Below, one piece after another: positions 29,067 through 42,995 of a stretch of DNA of 64,000 nucleotides. A program made the translations under genes and the position numbers. The notes beneath the pieces were generated by a model. That model saw only the letters and a list, made by a program, of their open reading frames with translations. It searched no databases and was not told the origin of the DNA. Positions within the stretch are counted from its first letter, which is position 1; each line of letters opens with the position of its first letter. The stretch comes from the human T2T-CHM13v2.0 reference genome, Homo sapiens: the NCBI RefSeq assembly GCF_009914755.1, contig NC_060927.1. One strand, written 5' to 3'.

Positions 29067-29979
29067 TGATCACTGATCTTTGATGTTACTATTGTAATTG
29101 TTTTGGGACACCACAAACTACACCACTATAAGACAGTCAGCGTAATCTATAAATGTTTATGTGTTCTGAATGGACCACCGACCAGTTTTTTCCCTGTTTT
29201 TCTTCCTCCCCTTGGGCTTCCGTATTCTCTGAGACACAACAATATTGAAATTAGTCCAATTAATAATCCTCCAATAGCCTCTAAGTATTCAAGTGAAAGG
29301 ATGAGTTGTATATCTCTCACTTTAAATCAAACGCTAGTAATGATTAAGCTTAGTGAGGAAAGCCTGTTGAAAGCCAATACAGACCAGAAACTATGCCTCT
29401 TGAGATAGTTAACCAAGTTGTGAATGCATAGGAAAAGTTCTTATTACAAGTGCTTCTCCAGTGAATACACAAATGGTAAAGTGAAAGCCTTATTGCTGAT
29501 ATATAGAGAGTATTAGTGGTCTGAATAGAACATCAAACAAGCCACAAAATTTTCTTGAGCCAAAGCCTGATCCCAAACAAGGCTCTAACTCTTTTCCATG
29601 AAGACTAAGGGAACCTGCAGAAGAAAAGTTGTAAGTCATGAGGTTTAAGGAAAGAAACTCTCCATAACACAAAAGTGCAAGGTGAAGAAGCAAGTGTTAA
29701 AGAAGAGGCTGCAACAAGTTATCCAGATCTAGCTAAGATAAATGATGAAGGTGGCTACACTGAACAGTAGATTTTCATTGTAGACAGACAGTCTTCTAGT
29801 GGAAGAAGATGGCTTCTGGGACTTTTATAGCTAGAGAGAAGTCAATGCCTGGCTTCAAAGCTTCAAAGGGCTGGCTCACCCTCTTGTTAGGGGCTAATGC
29901 AGCTGTTGACTTTTAAGTTGAAGCCAGTACTCATTTACCATTCCGAAAATCCTACAACCCTTACAAATTATGCTAAATC

Positions 29980-30103
29980 AGCCAAGTGCGGTAGCTTACG
30001 CCTGTAATCCCAGCATTTGGGAGGCCAAGGCAGGAGGATCACTTGAGCACAGGAGTTTGAGGCCAGCCTGGGAATCATAGGGAGAACCCATCTATTAAAA
30101 AAT
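29980..30103 (+). mobile_element. Free left Alu monomer (FLAM-like) inside Tigger1
   Basis: Left arm only, then A-tail; degenerate TSD aattatgctaaatc / aattgtcctaaatc. Confidence 0.8.
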
Positions 30104-31335
30104 AATTGTCCTAAATCTACTCATCCTGTGTGCTATAAAGGAACAGCATGGTTTACTGAATAGTTTAAGCCAGTTATTGAGACCTGCTGCTTAGAAGAAA
30201 AAGATTGTTTTCAAAATATTATTGCTCTACAGTGCACCTAATTACCCAAGAGCTCTGGTGGTGTTGTATGAGGAGTTTAATGTTGTTTTCATGCCTGCTA
30301 AAACAACGTCTATTCTGCAGTCTCTGAATCAAGGAATAATTTCAACATTCAAGTCTTATTATTTAAGAAATATAGTTTGTAAAGCTCTAGGTGTCACATA
30401 GATAGTGTGTCTAGGGGTCACATAGATAGTGACCCCTCTGATGGATGTGGGTAAAGTAAATTCAAAGCCTTCTGGAAAGAATTCACCATTCTATATGCCA
30501 TTAAGAACGTTTGTGATTTATGGGAGGTCAAAATATCCACTTTAACAGAAGTTTGGAAGAAGTTGATTACAACTCTCAGGGATGACTTTGAGGGCTTCCA
30601 GATTGTAGTGGAGGAAGAAACTGCAGATTGATGGGAATAGCAAGAGAACTAGAATTAGCAGTAGAGCCTGAAGAAGTGACTGAATTGTTACAAACTCATA
30701 ATAAAACTTTAATGAATGAGGATTGCTTCTTATGCAGGAGCAAAGAAAGTGATTCCTTGAGATGAAATCAACTCCTAGTGAGAATGCTCTGAACTTTGTT
30801 GAAATGACAACAAAGGGTTAGGAATAGTAGATAAATTTAGTTGATAAAACAGTGGCAGGGTTCGAGAGGATTGACTGTAATTTTGAAAGAAGTTCTGTGG
30901 CTAAAATGCTATCAAAGAGCATTACATGGTACGGAGAAATATTTTGTGAAGGGAAATGTCAGTTGACACAGCAAACGTCATTGTTTTATTTTAAGACATT
31001 GTCACAGCCACCCCAACCTTTAGCAACCACCAGCCTGATAAGTTAGTAGCCATAAGCACTGAGTCAAGATCATCCACTAGCAAAAAGATTATAACTCAGT
31101 GAAGGCTCATATGATCAATCATTAGCATTTTTAGCAGTAAAATATTTTAAAATTAAGATATGCACATTGGTTTTTAGACACAATGCTATTACTGCACACT
31201 TATAGACTGTTGTATAAACATAACTTACATCCATTGGGAAACTGAAAAATTTGTGACTTGCTTTATTGTGATATTTGCTTTATTGCAGTGGTGTGGAACT
31301 GAACATGCAATATCTCTTCAGTGTGTCTGAATTTA

Positions 31336-31642
31336 TTTTTTATTTATTTGTTTATTTTTTTTGAGACGGAGTCTCGCTCTGTCGCCCAGCCTGGAGTGCA
31401 GTGGCACAATCTCGGTTCACTGCAACCTCCACCTCCCGGTTCAAGCGATTCTCCTGCCTCAGCTTCCTGGGTAGCTGGGACTACAGGTGCCTGCCACCGC
31501 GCCTGACTGATTTTTTGTCTTTTTAGTAGAGACTGGGTTTCACCATGTTAGCCAGGATGGTCTTGATCTCCTGACCTCGTGATCCACCTGCCTCAGCCTC
31601 CCACAGTGCTGGGATTACAGGTGTGAGCCACCGCGCCCGGCC
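31336..31642 (-). mobile_element. Alu (AluSc-like) at the right end of Tigger1
   Basis: Full reverse Alu; TSD ctgaattta / ctgaactta overlaps the Tigger terminus. Confidence 0.93.
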
Positions 31643-32666
31643 TGAACTTATATACTAGATTGAACATAATAAACTGTGAAAATGCAGCTAAATTGTGTGG
31701 GGAGGCTTAAAAGATAAGAGTTATTTCAACAAGCTCTGTCTCAACATCTTGTCTTTGAAGATAAGGATGTTGCCATTTTTTCTAGTATAAAGAGGGTATC
31801 TTCCATGTGGGAATTTCATTTTCTGCTTTTAAGAAACAGCACAAGGGTTAATGAGATATTCATGCAGCTGCTATTTTTCAAGTGCCTTTAACTTAAATAG
31901 GCAAAATACCGGAATATTAATACCATAATAATGGACTTAAAATACTCCATAAACCATGCTGTTCTTTTATAGCACACAGGCAGAGTAGATTTAGCATAAT
32001 TGTTTTTAACGTCCTAAAGAGCATGCATTTTGTGTGTGCGTGTCTGTGTGTGTGTGTTAGTCTTGTGTAAAAATAGCTGTAGCAAGAGAGGTTTGAGATT
32101 TTTTTCAATTTTTTTTTTTTTAGAAAGTAGCCCACGGCACATTTTTAAACTAGTTGTTCTAATACTTCACCCACACTTCTTTTTCCCTCACTTTCTTCTA
32201 GATATTTTTATTCTTCTTGATCTCCTCCTCATTCTCCTCTCTCCTTCTGTCCCTTCCTCTTCTAATGATTTTCAGAGAAATAGATACTTCTCTCACCTCA
32301 CCTCTGCATTTCAAAATAAAGCTGCGTGTATGTGTGGAGAGAAGCTGGAAAAGAAGACAGATGGTTCTTTCATTACCAGGTTACTTGGGATTAATTGAGC
32401 TGGGTATGTTATTATTTTTAAGGAGACTGAGCTGGGTCCTTTGGAAAGCCAGTTCTGAAAGGCAGGCAATAATGTAATATGTACTGTTGGATTTTTTGTT
32501 TTGTTTTTGTGTTTGGTAATTTCATCATCCTGTAAAGCATTTTTTAGGAGATCAGAAGTGAGTTTACTAAAATGGCGTTTTCCTTAAAGTTTTAAAAATG
32601 ACTTTACATTTTTCTGGGGCAGCTGAACCATTCTTAGAAACATACTATCTTTATGTTTTATTTCAG

Positions 32667-32838
32667 CATTTGCAAGTGAGGAAGCAGCACAACCCTGGGT
32701 TTTAGATAATTTCTAACAGAGAGGCCCCAGCAATTCAGCAGGCAGCGTCCTGAGTCTTTGGCAGCCTGGTCCCTCTTTCGCAAATTCTCCACCTTTGCGA
32801 ACAGAGGGTCTTTAGGACACAGATTCTTAAAAGTGCAG
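32667..32838 (+). other. Candidate 172-nt non-coding cassette exon in intron 1
   Basis: Acceptor ctttatgttttatttcag| and consensus donor CAG|gtaagc; no ATG inside; no recognisable repeat. Confidence 0.45.
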
Positions 32839-34064
32839 GTAAGCAAAGGCAACACCACCATTGTCTCAAATTGCTTAAATGTAAACTTGAGCACTTGTAA
32901 TGTTCTTATACAATGCTTCTCTTGTGGGTGATGTTAAAATCCCCTCTTCTATGAATACAGGTGCCTGCTATTTTTTTCTCTTACTAGTTTTGCAGCCTGG
33001 GGGCCTATAAGACTGCTAATGTAACCCATGACCCTTCAGCATATCCCACAGTTGAGCTATGAGAGTCTTAAATATTATTTTTATTCTCAGTTGAATGGGC
33101 CTTCTTTGGGACTCTTCTTAACCAATACATAAGTGAGGAGTAAGAAAACTCTTAAAATTAGAACATTATATGCATCACAAATATTATAGAAATTCTACTG
33201 TTAACCAGCTTTATATTGGGCAAGAGGGTTTCCCTCTTTGGGCCTTGTTTTCTCAATAGAATTAATTCCAGTTCTCTGTCTTTAAGTGCAACAATTAATG
33301 ATAGTTTCATTAAAGTACCTTCTAATTTTTTAGGCTGATTTTTCTTACTTTTTTTGGAATCCTATGCACAGATTTCAGACATCAATGTATAACTTTATTC
33401 TGAAAAAAGATCTAGAGTTCAGATGTCTACCAGGAATGAACTACATGTTTTACCCATGAATATATGCAGGCACTCAATGATTTATTAAGGTTCATCAGAG
33501 AATGATTATTCTAGCAAATTTGTTTGGAGATCTTTTTGGGAAAGACACTTATTGACTGATAACATTATGCTTTAGTAGTGCTGGCCAATATGGACACTCA
33601 TAATGGTCTTGTGATTTAGTCCTAGGGAACCTCTTAAGCTCTTGCTTGTTCCTATTGAGATTGCTCATGAGGGTTTCAAAGTCCTTCCCCAGCGTGGTCC
33701 TTAGCCACTGGACTTGCAGAACTCTTGAGGACCTGAATCAAGGCTGGAGGTAGGGCTGGATCCTCAGGTTTTACTGCCAGCAACACCTCAATTTAGTGGA
33801 ATCTGGACTGTAATCATCTTGGTGATTTGTAAAGCTGTTTTTCTTGTCAATCTTTACCATTTCTGGCATCAAAAAGATGGAAGTATTTTGAGAGTCTTTG
33901 TGATGCTCCTGGACTCTAGTACGTGCTTGGGTTCAAGTCCCAGCTCTGTCACTTTTGATTTGGGTATCCCGGGGGAAGTTATAACTTCTCTGTGCTTTGG
34001 TGTCTTTATCTGTATGATAGGGATGACGATAAAGCCTTTCGTAAAGGTTGGTTTTGAGGATTAA

Positions 34065-34437
<373 letters not shown>

Positions 34438-36540
34438 TAATTTTAACTTTTTATTGGCACCTGTCATACAGTGTTTATTCTTCTGTCCTTATTCTCTAGC
34501 CTAGGGTGAGAAAAATTCCAGTCTTTATCCTTACCTTGTTAAACTTTGCTAGAGTCACCATGGTATTTGCTTCAACACCTAGGACACAATATCTGAATCC
34601 TTCTCAACATTATAATGGATCCAAATGAGAATGAAACCTATTTCATGAAACCTATTTGCCAACTCAGATTGTTTATAGAGTTCTTGATTTTTATTTGCTT
34701 GCTTCAAAACATAAATTTGAAATGTTGTTTACAAATCTGAGTTTTTTGTTTGTTTTTACTAAATTTCAGAGCAGTTTTATTATGAAAAGCATAAAAAAGA
34801 TATGGTTTCTATAGCCAGAAATAGGGTCTAATTCTAAGATGAGTTTTGCCAGTGAATTAATACTATTTTGAATGCCTTTCACTTTATATTCAAAAGCAGA
34901 TGAGTAAAGCTTCCTGTCACAGATACTTTAAGATGTTAAAATGATTGTGCAGCAATAATAGCACAGTAATGGAAACTTAATTTTTCGAGGCTGTTATTAG
35001 CACAAAGTCATGAGTTCTTTAGCATCTCTACCAGGACATTAGGAAGCTAAGTTTTTAGGGAGGGCTTGGTGCATGGGAAGCTGATACTTCACTAATTTTA
35101 AAAGAAGAATTGAAACAAGATTAGGAGAGTCTTTACCATGTGCCAGTTACTTACCTAAGTATTTTATATTTACTACTTGTAATAGCTCTATTAGGAAGTA
35201 TTATTATTTCTTATTTTACAGCCAAGGAAGCTGAAGTGTAAAAAGATTAGGCAAATTCCCAGGGTGATACAACTCATCAGAAGAAGAGCTGAGACTCAAA
35301 CTCAGGGGGTCTGATTGTCAAGCAAACAATCTTAACACCTAATTATGCTACTACCTACAAAGAATAAATTGCCAATGAATTATTAAGACCAAATCATGGA
35401 AGTCTTAAATACCAGGCAAAGTGACAAGATGAGAGCTGCACTTCGAGGATTTTATGCCAAGTACAGCGTGTGGGCTGGTTTAAAGGGAAGAAAGATTAGA
35501 GATCATTGCTAGTAGCTAAGGTGAGAAGTAATGAGAACATGGGTTTAGGAAACAGGATTAAGATAACAGCTTGAAAACACCTGTATTTAGGTGGACAGAG
35601 GAAGAAGAGGAAATCTAGAAACACAGGCAGAGAAGTAGAGGAGGGAGGCCGTGTAGTGCTACCCAAGGGGAGATTCTGGAACTGAAAACCGTAGAGATCA
35701 GAGAGGATTGGAACAAAAACAAAGACGAGTGGGTTTGGAGATAGTAATTTATTTATTCATTTATTGACTTTTTTACTCATGAAATAAGTAAATATTATTG
35801 TGCACCCATAATGTGACAGGAATTGTGCTGGAGGGGAACCCGTGTAAAATGTGCTTCTTTATTACCAACTTTGCTACTTATTAGCAAGATAGCCTTTGAC
35901 AAGTTTTTTTTTTTTAAACTTTTCAAAATCCTGGCTGCCTCTTCTGTAGTATGATACGTAAGTCCTCACTGTGTCTAAATGCCCCCAACTCTTGCGGTCT
36001 TCCCAGCTCTAAGATCTGTAATTCTTGGGTTCAAGTTGTAAATTGCAATAATTGGAAATGTTGTAAATATGTGGCCAATGATTCAGTTGGCACTTAGGTG
36101 AATCAGAAGGAGATGCAAGATAAGGTGTGTGTCCTATAGCTGTAATGTGAATGGAGGAATCCTACATATTTTCCCTCAAAAATACTGGTAGTATCATACT
36201 GACACTAATAGTAGATGGAAGGATGAGACTGAAAATAATACAGGAAAGACAGTGTCCAGGGAATTAAAAACAAAAAACAAAAAACAAAAAACCCCACAAA
36301 CATTCCCTAGAGTGGTGAGGGAAATTTTTCTCAAAGCCACTTATTTTCAAAGGGAATCTGACTAGTTTCTTCAGAGAAACTTCTGTTGATTGAAAACTTT
36401 CAAAGGTCAAGCCCTAAAGACTCTTAAAAGATGTAGCATAAAACTTAGAATGAGCTGCCAGTTCCCCTCAAAAACTGTTTTCTGTGAAGCCCTGATCTTC
36501 TCGGCTGGATACAATTCCTTTTTTCTCTGACCTTCTCCAG

Positions 36541-36690
36541 CAGTGCTTCTCAAACACACAGATCACATGGGGTTTGCCAAAATCCACTTGACTCAGTGGA
36601 TCAAAGGTTGGAGCTGAGACTCTGCAGCTCTACCAACTTCCCAGGTGATGCCAGTACTGCTGGTCCATGGACCACACTTTGAATAACAGA
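36541..36690. mobile_element. MER5-like hAT-Charlie MITE (a similar one at ~41290-41420)
   Basis: cagtgcttctcaaa start; cccaggtgatgc..tgctggtccatggaccacactttga end. Confidence 0.7.
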
Positions 36691-36989
36691 GGTGTAAAAT
36701 AGTTTGCTTTAATTCTCGTAGCAGATAATGGAAATAATTTTGAAACAGTGTAACAGCTCCTTCACCAGACTGTGAGCTCTATTCTCCATATCCTAAAGTC
36801 GAGTACGTACACATTATGAAATTCTTGATATTAATAGATAAGAGATTCTTACCTCGGTCAGTGATTTGTATTATTCAATAGCAGTAATAATTTGAACTGG
36901 TATAGGTAGGGCTTTTTTTTAAACTGAGATAAGCACCAGCATGCAATATAACTGAGATAGGCACCACAATGCAATATAAAGTTTTCATA

Positions 36990-37485
36990 TAAAGTTAAAC
37001 GTGTTTACCATATGGCCCATGAAAACGTATATCCACCCAAGAAGTTGCACTTGAATGTTTAATGCAGTTTTATTTACAATAACCAAAAATTGCAAAGAAA
37101 CCAAATGTGTATTGCCTGATAAATAACTTGTGAACTGATAAATAAATTGTGGTATGACCATACAATGGGATGCTATTTAGCAACAAAAAGGAATGAACTC
37201 CTGGTACAAGCAACAACTTGAGCATTTTTTTAAAAAGTATTATGTTAATTGACAGAAGTCAGAAATAAGATATATATTATATGATTCAATTTATATGAAA
37301 TTTTAGAAAAGCAAAACTATAGTGATAGCAGATCAGGCTGCTAGGGGCCAGGAAGTGGGAAGAAGGAAGTGACTACAAAGAGGAACAAAGGAACTTTTGA
37401 GGTTGATGACAATGTTTAGAATCATGACTTCAGTGGTTGTTACCTGATACACTTAAAAGTGGCGAATTTTAGTGTATAAAAATTT
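36990..37485 (+). mobile_element. Old L1M 3' end fragment
   Basis: aaattgtggtat..catacaatggga..ctatttagcaacaaaaaggaatgaact, tatgattcaatttatatgaaatt..agaaaagcaaaactatagtga. Confidence 0.75.
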
Positions 37486-37486
37486 T

Positions 37487-37592
37487 ATCCCCAGCTACTC
37501 AGGAGGCTGAGGCAGGAGGATTACTTGAGCCCAGAAGTTAGAGACCAGGCTGGACAGTATAGTGAGACCCTGTCTCAAAAAAAGGAAAAAAA
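37487..37592 (+). mobile_element. Truncated Alu monomer (FLAM/AluJ-like)
   Basis: cccagctactcaggaggctgaggcaggaggattacttgagccc..gagaccctgtctcaaaa. Confidence 0.8.
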
Positions 37593-37610
37593 TGAATAAA
37601 GGCAATTTTA

Positions 37611-37923
<313 letters not shown>

Positions 37924-39559
37924 GTAGCCACAGTCATCAACCTGTTAACAACATCTAATGCTTCTTGGAAGCTGATATCTTATTAGCAGGATGTTAATAA
38001 GAGAATACAGGGACAATTTTTACTTTAAGAGAATAAATGGGCATGGAAAGAAAATGTGAATAAACAGTAGGAACAAAAGAAGTTCCCTAAAAGCTTACTT
38101 GTGTACTTGCAATGGACCTGAGTCTGAAGAGAGAGCTCTTGAAAACAGGAACTCCAGTTCTTCTATTTTTAGCATCCCATATAGTTGCTATTAGCTGAAT
38201 GATTTTAGTGTGTCCTGTTGTGCTATTAAAGAAGAAAATTCTGCTGAGAAGTCATTTCTCTCCTTTTTATATTCTTTGCAGTGAGCACACCCCACTTTCA
38301 GGAGAGGATCTGGTCATCTGCTTTGGCAGAAGGCTTATCTTTAATTAAGTGAAAAGATCTGTCTACATGTGCTAAGGATGATATCTGGTGAAAGCACTGG
38401 CTTTGTTGAAAAGCTGAAAGAGAAGGGTGTTTGTGCATATGCATGTCGGAACCAGCTTCATATCATTGTATTAGCAGAAGAGTTGGGGGAGGAGAGGGAA
38501 AGAAAGTTAATTATACGTGTTCCCTTTCTGCAATGCAGAAAGAAAATAGTTATATTCTTAGAAATCAGTCAAAATGTATACAGCTGATCTAATTTGTTGA
38601 CACTACACAACTCAATATTTTTGGAGGGGGGCATAAATCAGATTTTCTGTTAATTTACTCAGCAATGTCAGAGTTTTTTTCTTAACTTGTATTAAATAGC
38701 ATTAGTTTATAACTTCAGATTAAATTTAGCCTTTTCGTTGTAATATTGTATGTTTAAAAAATCTATATGTGCTGTTTTTTATTTCTTTAATTATGGTCTA
38801 TTGAGAATTTCGTCATCCTTCTAGCAGAAAATCCCATCAACCAGACTACTGATTCCTTAGGATTTCTCTCTTTAATTATGAGATTAATAGCTTTTCATAT
38901 TATAATGTTTCTAAAGAAGTGTGTTTGATAAATGCATAATTTAATGTGTATCATCCCCTTGTTTTATTTTTAAAAGATATTATTAAATGATTATTTAACA
39001 GTTCATACTCTTAAAAATATGGTTATTATAGTTTTCTATAAGCCACAATTTCAAAGTGTGGGCTTTGAAATCAGATCTCAGTTTGAATTCTGGCCAGTGC
39101 TCTGGGTATTAAACATATCTAGCATGGGGATGAAAATATCCGTGATTTCATCCTTATGTGAAAAAGGGCTTAGTACTGTGCTGGCCATTTAGTAAGTGGT
39201 TAATAAACTGTGCTATCATTTACATGATCATCGCTGCCAGAGGTTGTAGATCCTTGGGATATGAATGAAGCTGATCTCACGCATTTGGACTACCTAATTA
39301 GTAATAAGGACCAAACCTAAAAGAGAGGTAGTAAATGAATTGAGGAGGACTGAGGCCTTTCCATTCATCACTGTGGAGTCCTGTACATTAAGGCTCAGGT
39401 CATATGGAGATGGCTGGGTCTGTGAGGCTTAGGCTTAGGGGACCTATGAGGCTGGACCAAAAAAAATCTAGACATTAATGCATGGCTAGAGTTGGAGGTT
39501 CTGTTGTAGATTTGCTCATGTAGGCATGTGACTGCAGATTATAATCACAAATTGAGTAA

Positions 39560-39723
39560 TAAGTACAAAGAGGAAGGAAGGCAGGATGTGAAATCTGTTG
39601 GCCATGTTCCACACAGTCTGGAGTGTATGTCAGTGTGAGCTGAAGACCAGCAGAGACTAGGATGGATGACGGCCTGTCCAGGGGCTGAATGGACACAGGT
39701 GTCAGCAGGGCCACCTGGTAAAG
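39560..39723 (+). other. ST3GAL6: Candidate downstream (non-CpG-island) alternative first exon of ST3GAL6; 5' boundary uncertain
   Basis: Cluster of donors (CTG|gtaaag 39718, AAG|gtatgg 39724, GAG|gtgagc 39732) in unique sequence ~5 kb upstream of the ATG exon; ST3GAL6 is remembered to have a second, proximal promoter. Confidence 0.4.
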
Positions 39724-40447
39724 GTATGGAGGTGAGCCATGAACAAGGTTACCTGCTTAAGGGGAAGGTTGTGGCTTAAATCTAGATGCTGCTGAGATAT
39801 TAGACATTAGGTGCCCACAGGCTGTGTGGAGGTAGAAGGGGGATGTGCTTCTCTTATTTGCACAAAGATGTGAGTTACTGAGGAGTATTATTGAACAGCA
39901 GCATGTTGGGTTTGAGAAGAGACCTAGTAGTAGAAAGAGTAGTATGTCTGCCACTGAGGAAGCAGGGAACAGAAGGGTGCCTCACCCCAGGGCAGATGGG
40001 GACATGGTTTAGGATCCTAGTGACTAAAAAAAAAAAAAAAAAAATGGAAGTTTGGCTGCAGAGCTGCTAGGGTGACTAGGAAAGAGAAGAATGCAGACGT
40101 TGGAAAAGTGTGGTATAGTTTAAGCACCCAGCAGCAGGAACCCAGGTCCAGTGGATGAGATGACCAGGATCACTACTGGATCCACAGGAACCTGACCCAA
40201 CTGTTAAGCTGCTAGTCGAGGGCTCCTCAGACTCTCTTTCTGTGGGTCAGAATCAGTCCCAGTGCCTGGGGTGGCTGGGCTTGCAGATGGGCATTAGGAA
40301 GCACCTGCTTCCAGACTGAAACAGAACTGGGGATGGAGGAGACAGGGAGGTGAGGTTTGTGTGTGCTCAGCATCCGGAATAGAGAACGCCAAGGGTCTTT
40401 CTTCCTTGGTGTTGCATATTGACTGAGATACCCACCGGGTTTTTCTA

Positions 40448-40498
40448 TTAGGTTGGTTTTAAATGACAAAAACCACAATTACTTTTGCACTAACCTAA
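40448..40498. mobile_element. MADE1 (Hsmar1 MITE) with most of the left TIR deleted
   Basis: TA-ttaggttggt ... aaaaaccacaattacttttgcactaacctaa. Confidence 0.85.
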
Positions 40499-42697
40499 TG
40501 CTTGATAAGTAGAACAATGTTTCTAGAATTATTGCTGAACATGCTTTTTTCTAGCTGGTTGGAAAAGCAAGCTCCCTTTGGTTTGAGAAAGCATTAGGGG
40601 AGTCTAAAAAAAAACCTGACATTTTTTTCAAGTGTTTCTCCGTAGAGTTTGTTTTTATAAACAATGCTAGCATGGTTGGGAGGAGCAGAACTGGGAACAG
40701 GGTTGGGAGTAACAGGCTTTTATTTCAGCTGAGTTTGAATCAAAAGTATTATAAGCTTTACCTCCATTTCATCAATTACTAGAATTGATATTGCTTAAGG
40801 AGCTTGCAGGATTGCTTAAGTTGGAGAAATGTTCAGTAATGTTTAGTCTGGTAGCAAAAGGAGGGGCCTGTGCTCACTTGTGAAAGCTCACATCTAGGGG
40901 GAGGTAGTATAACGCATGGCCTGTGGCCTGATAGAGACAGATTTGAGTCCTCGTTCTGCTACTTGTCAGCTCAACAAAGTCGTTGCTTCTCCCAGAGTTT
41001 TGGTTTCCTCCTCTACAAAATAGGAATTGTAAGTCTACCACTTCTTTTGCAAGGTGGTTGTCAGGATGTCATGAGGTAATACACCAAAAGCAATTATCAC
41101 ATGCCTTGGCACAGGCTAAGCACTCATACATCTTAATGCTTCTAATCAGTTGTTATTCATTGAGCATTTACCACGTGCTAGGCATTTAGGGTAAAAAAAA
41201 ATAATACAAAGCATCTAGTTATGGGATCTGTATCTGTTACAGTCTCTGTATTTCAGAAATTCTTCCATGGTTCTATTGTATTTCTTAGAGCAGTGATTCT
41301 CAAAATTTTAGTGTGCATAAGAATCAAATTGGTGGATGCTGTTTAAATGCACATTCCTGAGCCCCAGAGATTCAGATTAAGTAGAGGCTCAGGAGTGTGC
41401 ATGTTAACAAGTCCCTGCCTGGTGCAGACTCTTGAGCCTGCCCTAGAGTCACCTCCTTTCACCAATATCTGAATTTACCCTTCTAGACTTCAAGATACCA
41501 ATGGAACACCATTAGGAATTTTCAGATTAGAATTATCTCTTTTAGATTTGCCTTGTGCTTTTTATCTTGAGAGACAGGATAACACCAGGAATGGAACTCT
41601 GAGAAAGAAATGATTGAACCATAAATCTATTTCTGTCTTCCTTAAACTGTGTGACCTCAGACAACTCAACCTTATAAACCTTCAGTTTTCCTCATTCATC
41701 AAGAAGACAACACCTGCACACCCATCTAACAAGCTTATTTTGAGCCTTAAATGGAGGGATGGACATATAAAAGATTTTTTATGAACTTTGATGCTCCACA
41801 CAAAATATGCTTTTACTATTAAAGCAAAGTGAAACATTTGTCAAGATTGAGTTTAATTTGGCATATATAGGTTACTTATACATTGGGTTACATATCTTAG
41901 TTGGAGAATATGTGAACATTTGTCCTCTGCCAGTGAGTCCTTCTTTCCCTTGCCATCCTCTACCCACATTTTTGTAAAGGATGTTTTAGGGACCCTGATT
42001 TTAGGAGCATCTGCAGCCACAAAGCTGGCATTGGTCCTGTTTAATGTCAAGATCTTGAAAACTCTTTTTTTTGGTAATCAAAGCTATATTAAAGGGCCTT
42101 ATGTCTTTTTAAAAGCAGATAACCTCTTAAATTCTGTTTTTTTCTTTGAATGTTTTTGCTCAAAGCAAAATGCCCTTCCACTTATACAATATAATTAGAT
42201 AATTGGTTTATTTGTGGAAGCTTTTTCCTGTGAGCAAGCAGAGGAACCATGTTTATCACAAGGATATCCTGGCTGGCCCGTGTCCTTTGCAACTTGAATA
42301 CTGAAGCTGTGAATTGTACATGAAATACGATAGTGCCTTAACTTCCTAAATGTTTTTCAGGTGGCGTGTGCAGTAGCTGTTCAAGAGTGGGTTCGTTTTA
42401 TTGTTTGAAAACAGAGCATTCTCTCACACTTCTTTGTTTTTAATTAGACCACATATTAGTGAATGAAAAACAACAAAACAATAACACAAGTCTCGCTTAC
42501 CCATACCTCCGTGTTCTGTAGAATAATACATAAATTGCCCAAAGAGTATGTTTTGGAGAATACATAGGAATTTTGACTTGTAAATACTGACTTCTTTCCC
42601 TAGACCTTCATATACTGTCTTAGATGTAAATACATTAAAAAATTTTGCTGATACTGGTAAGTTTTATCCTTGTTGGATCTTTGCATAAATGTCATTC

Positions 42698-42995
42698 TTT
42701 TTTTTTTTTTTTGTGAAAGGGAGTCTCACTCTGTCGCCCAGGCTGGAGTGCAGTGGCGTGATCTCGGCTCACTGCAACCTCTGCCTCTTGGGTTCAAGCA
42801 ATTCTCTGCCTTAGCCTCCTGAATGGGTGGGATTGCAGGTGCCTGCCATCATGCCCGGCTAATTTTTTTGCATTTTTAGTAGAGACGGTGTTTCACCATC
42901 TTGGCCAGGTTGGTATTGAACTCCTGACCTCGTGATCCACCTGCCTCAGCCTCCCAAAGTGCTGGGATTACAGGCATGAGCCACTGCGCCCAGCC
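42698..42995 (-). mobile_element. Alu (AluS-like)
   Basis: Full reverse Alu 1.7 kb upstream of the ATG exon. Confidence 0.95.

Noticed and set aside
29103-31046. Possible domesticated Tigger transposase gene
   Set aside because: Many stops and frameshifts, and an Alu monomer inside the coding region
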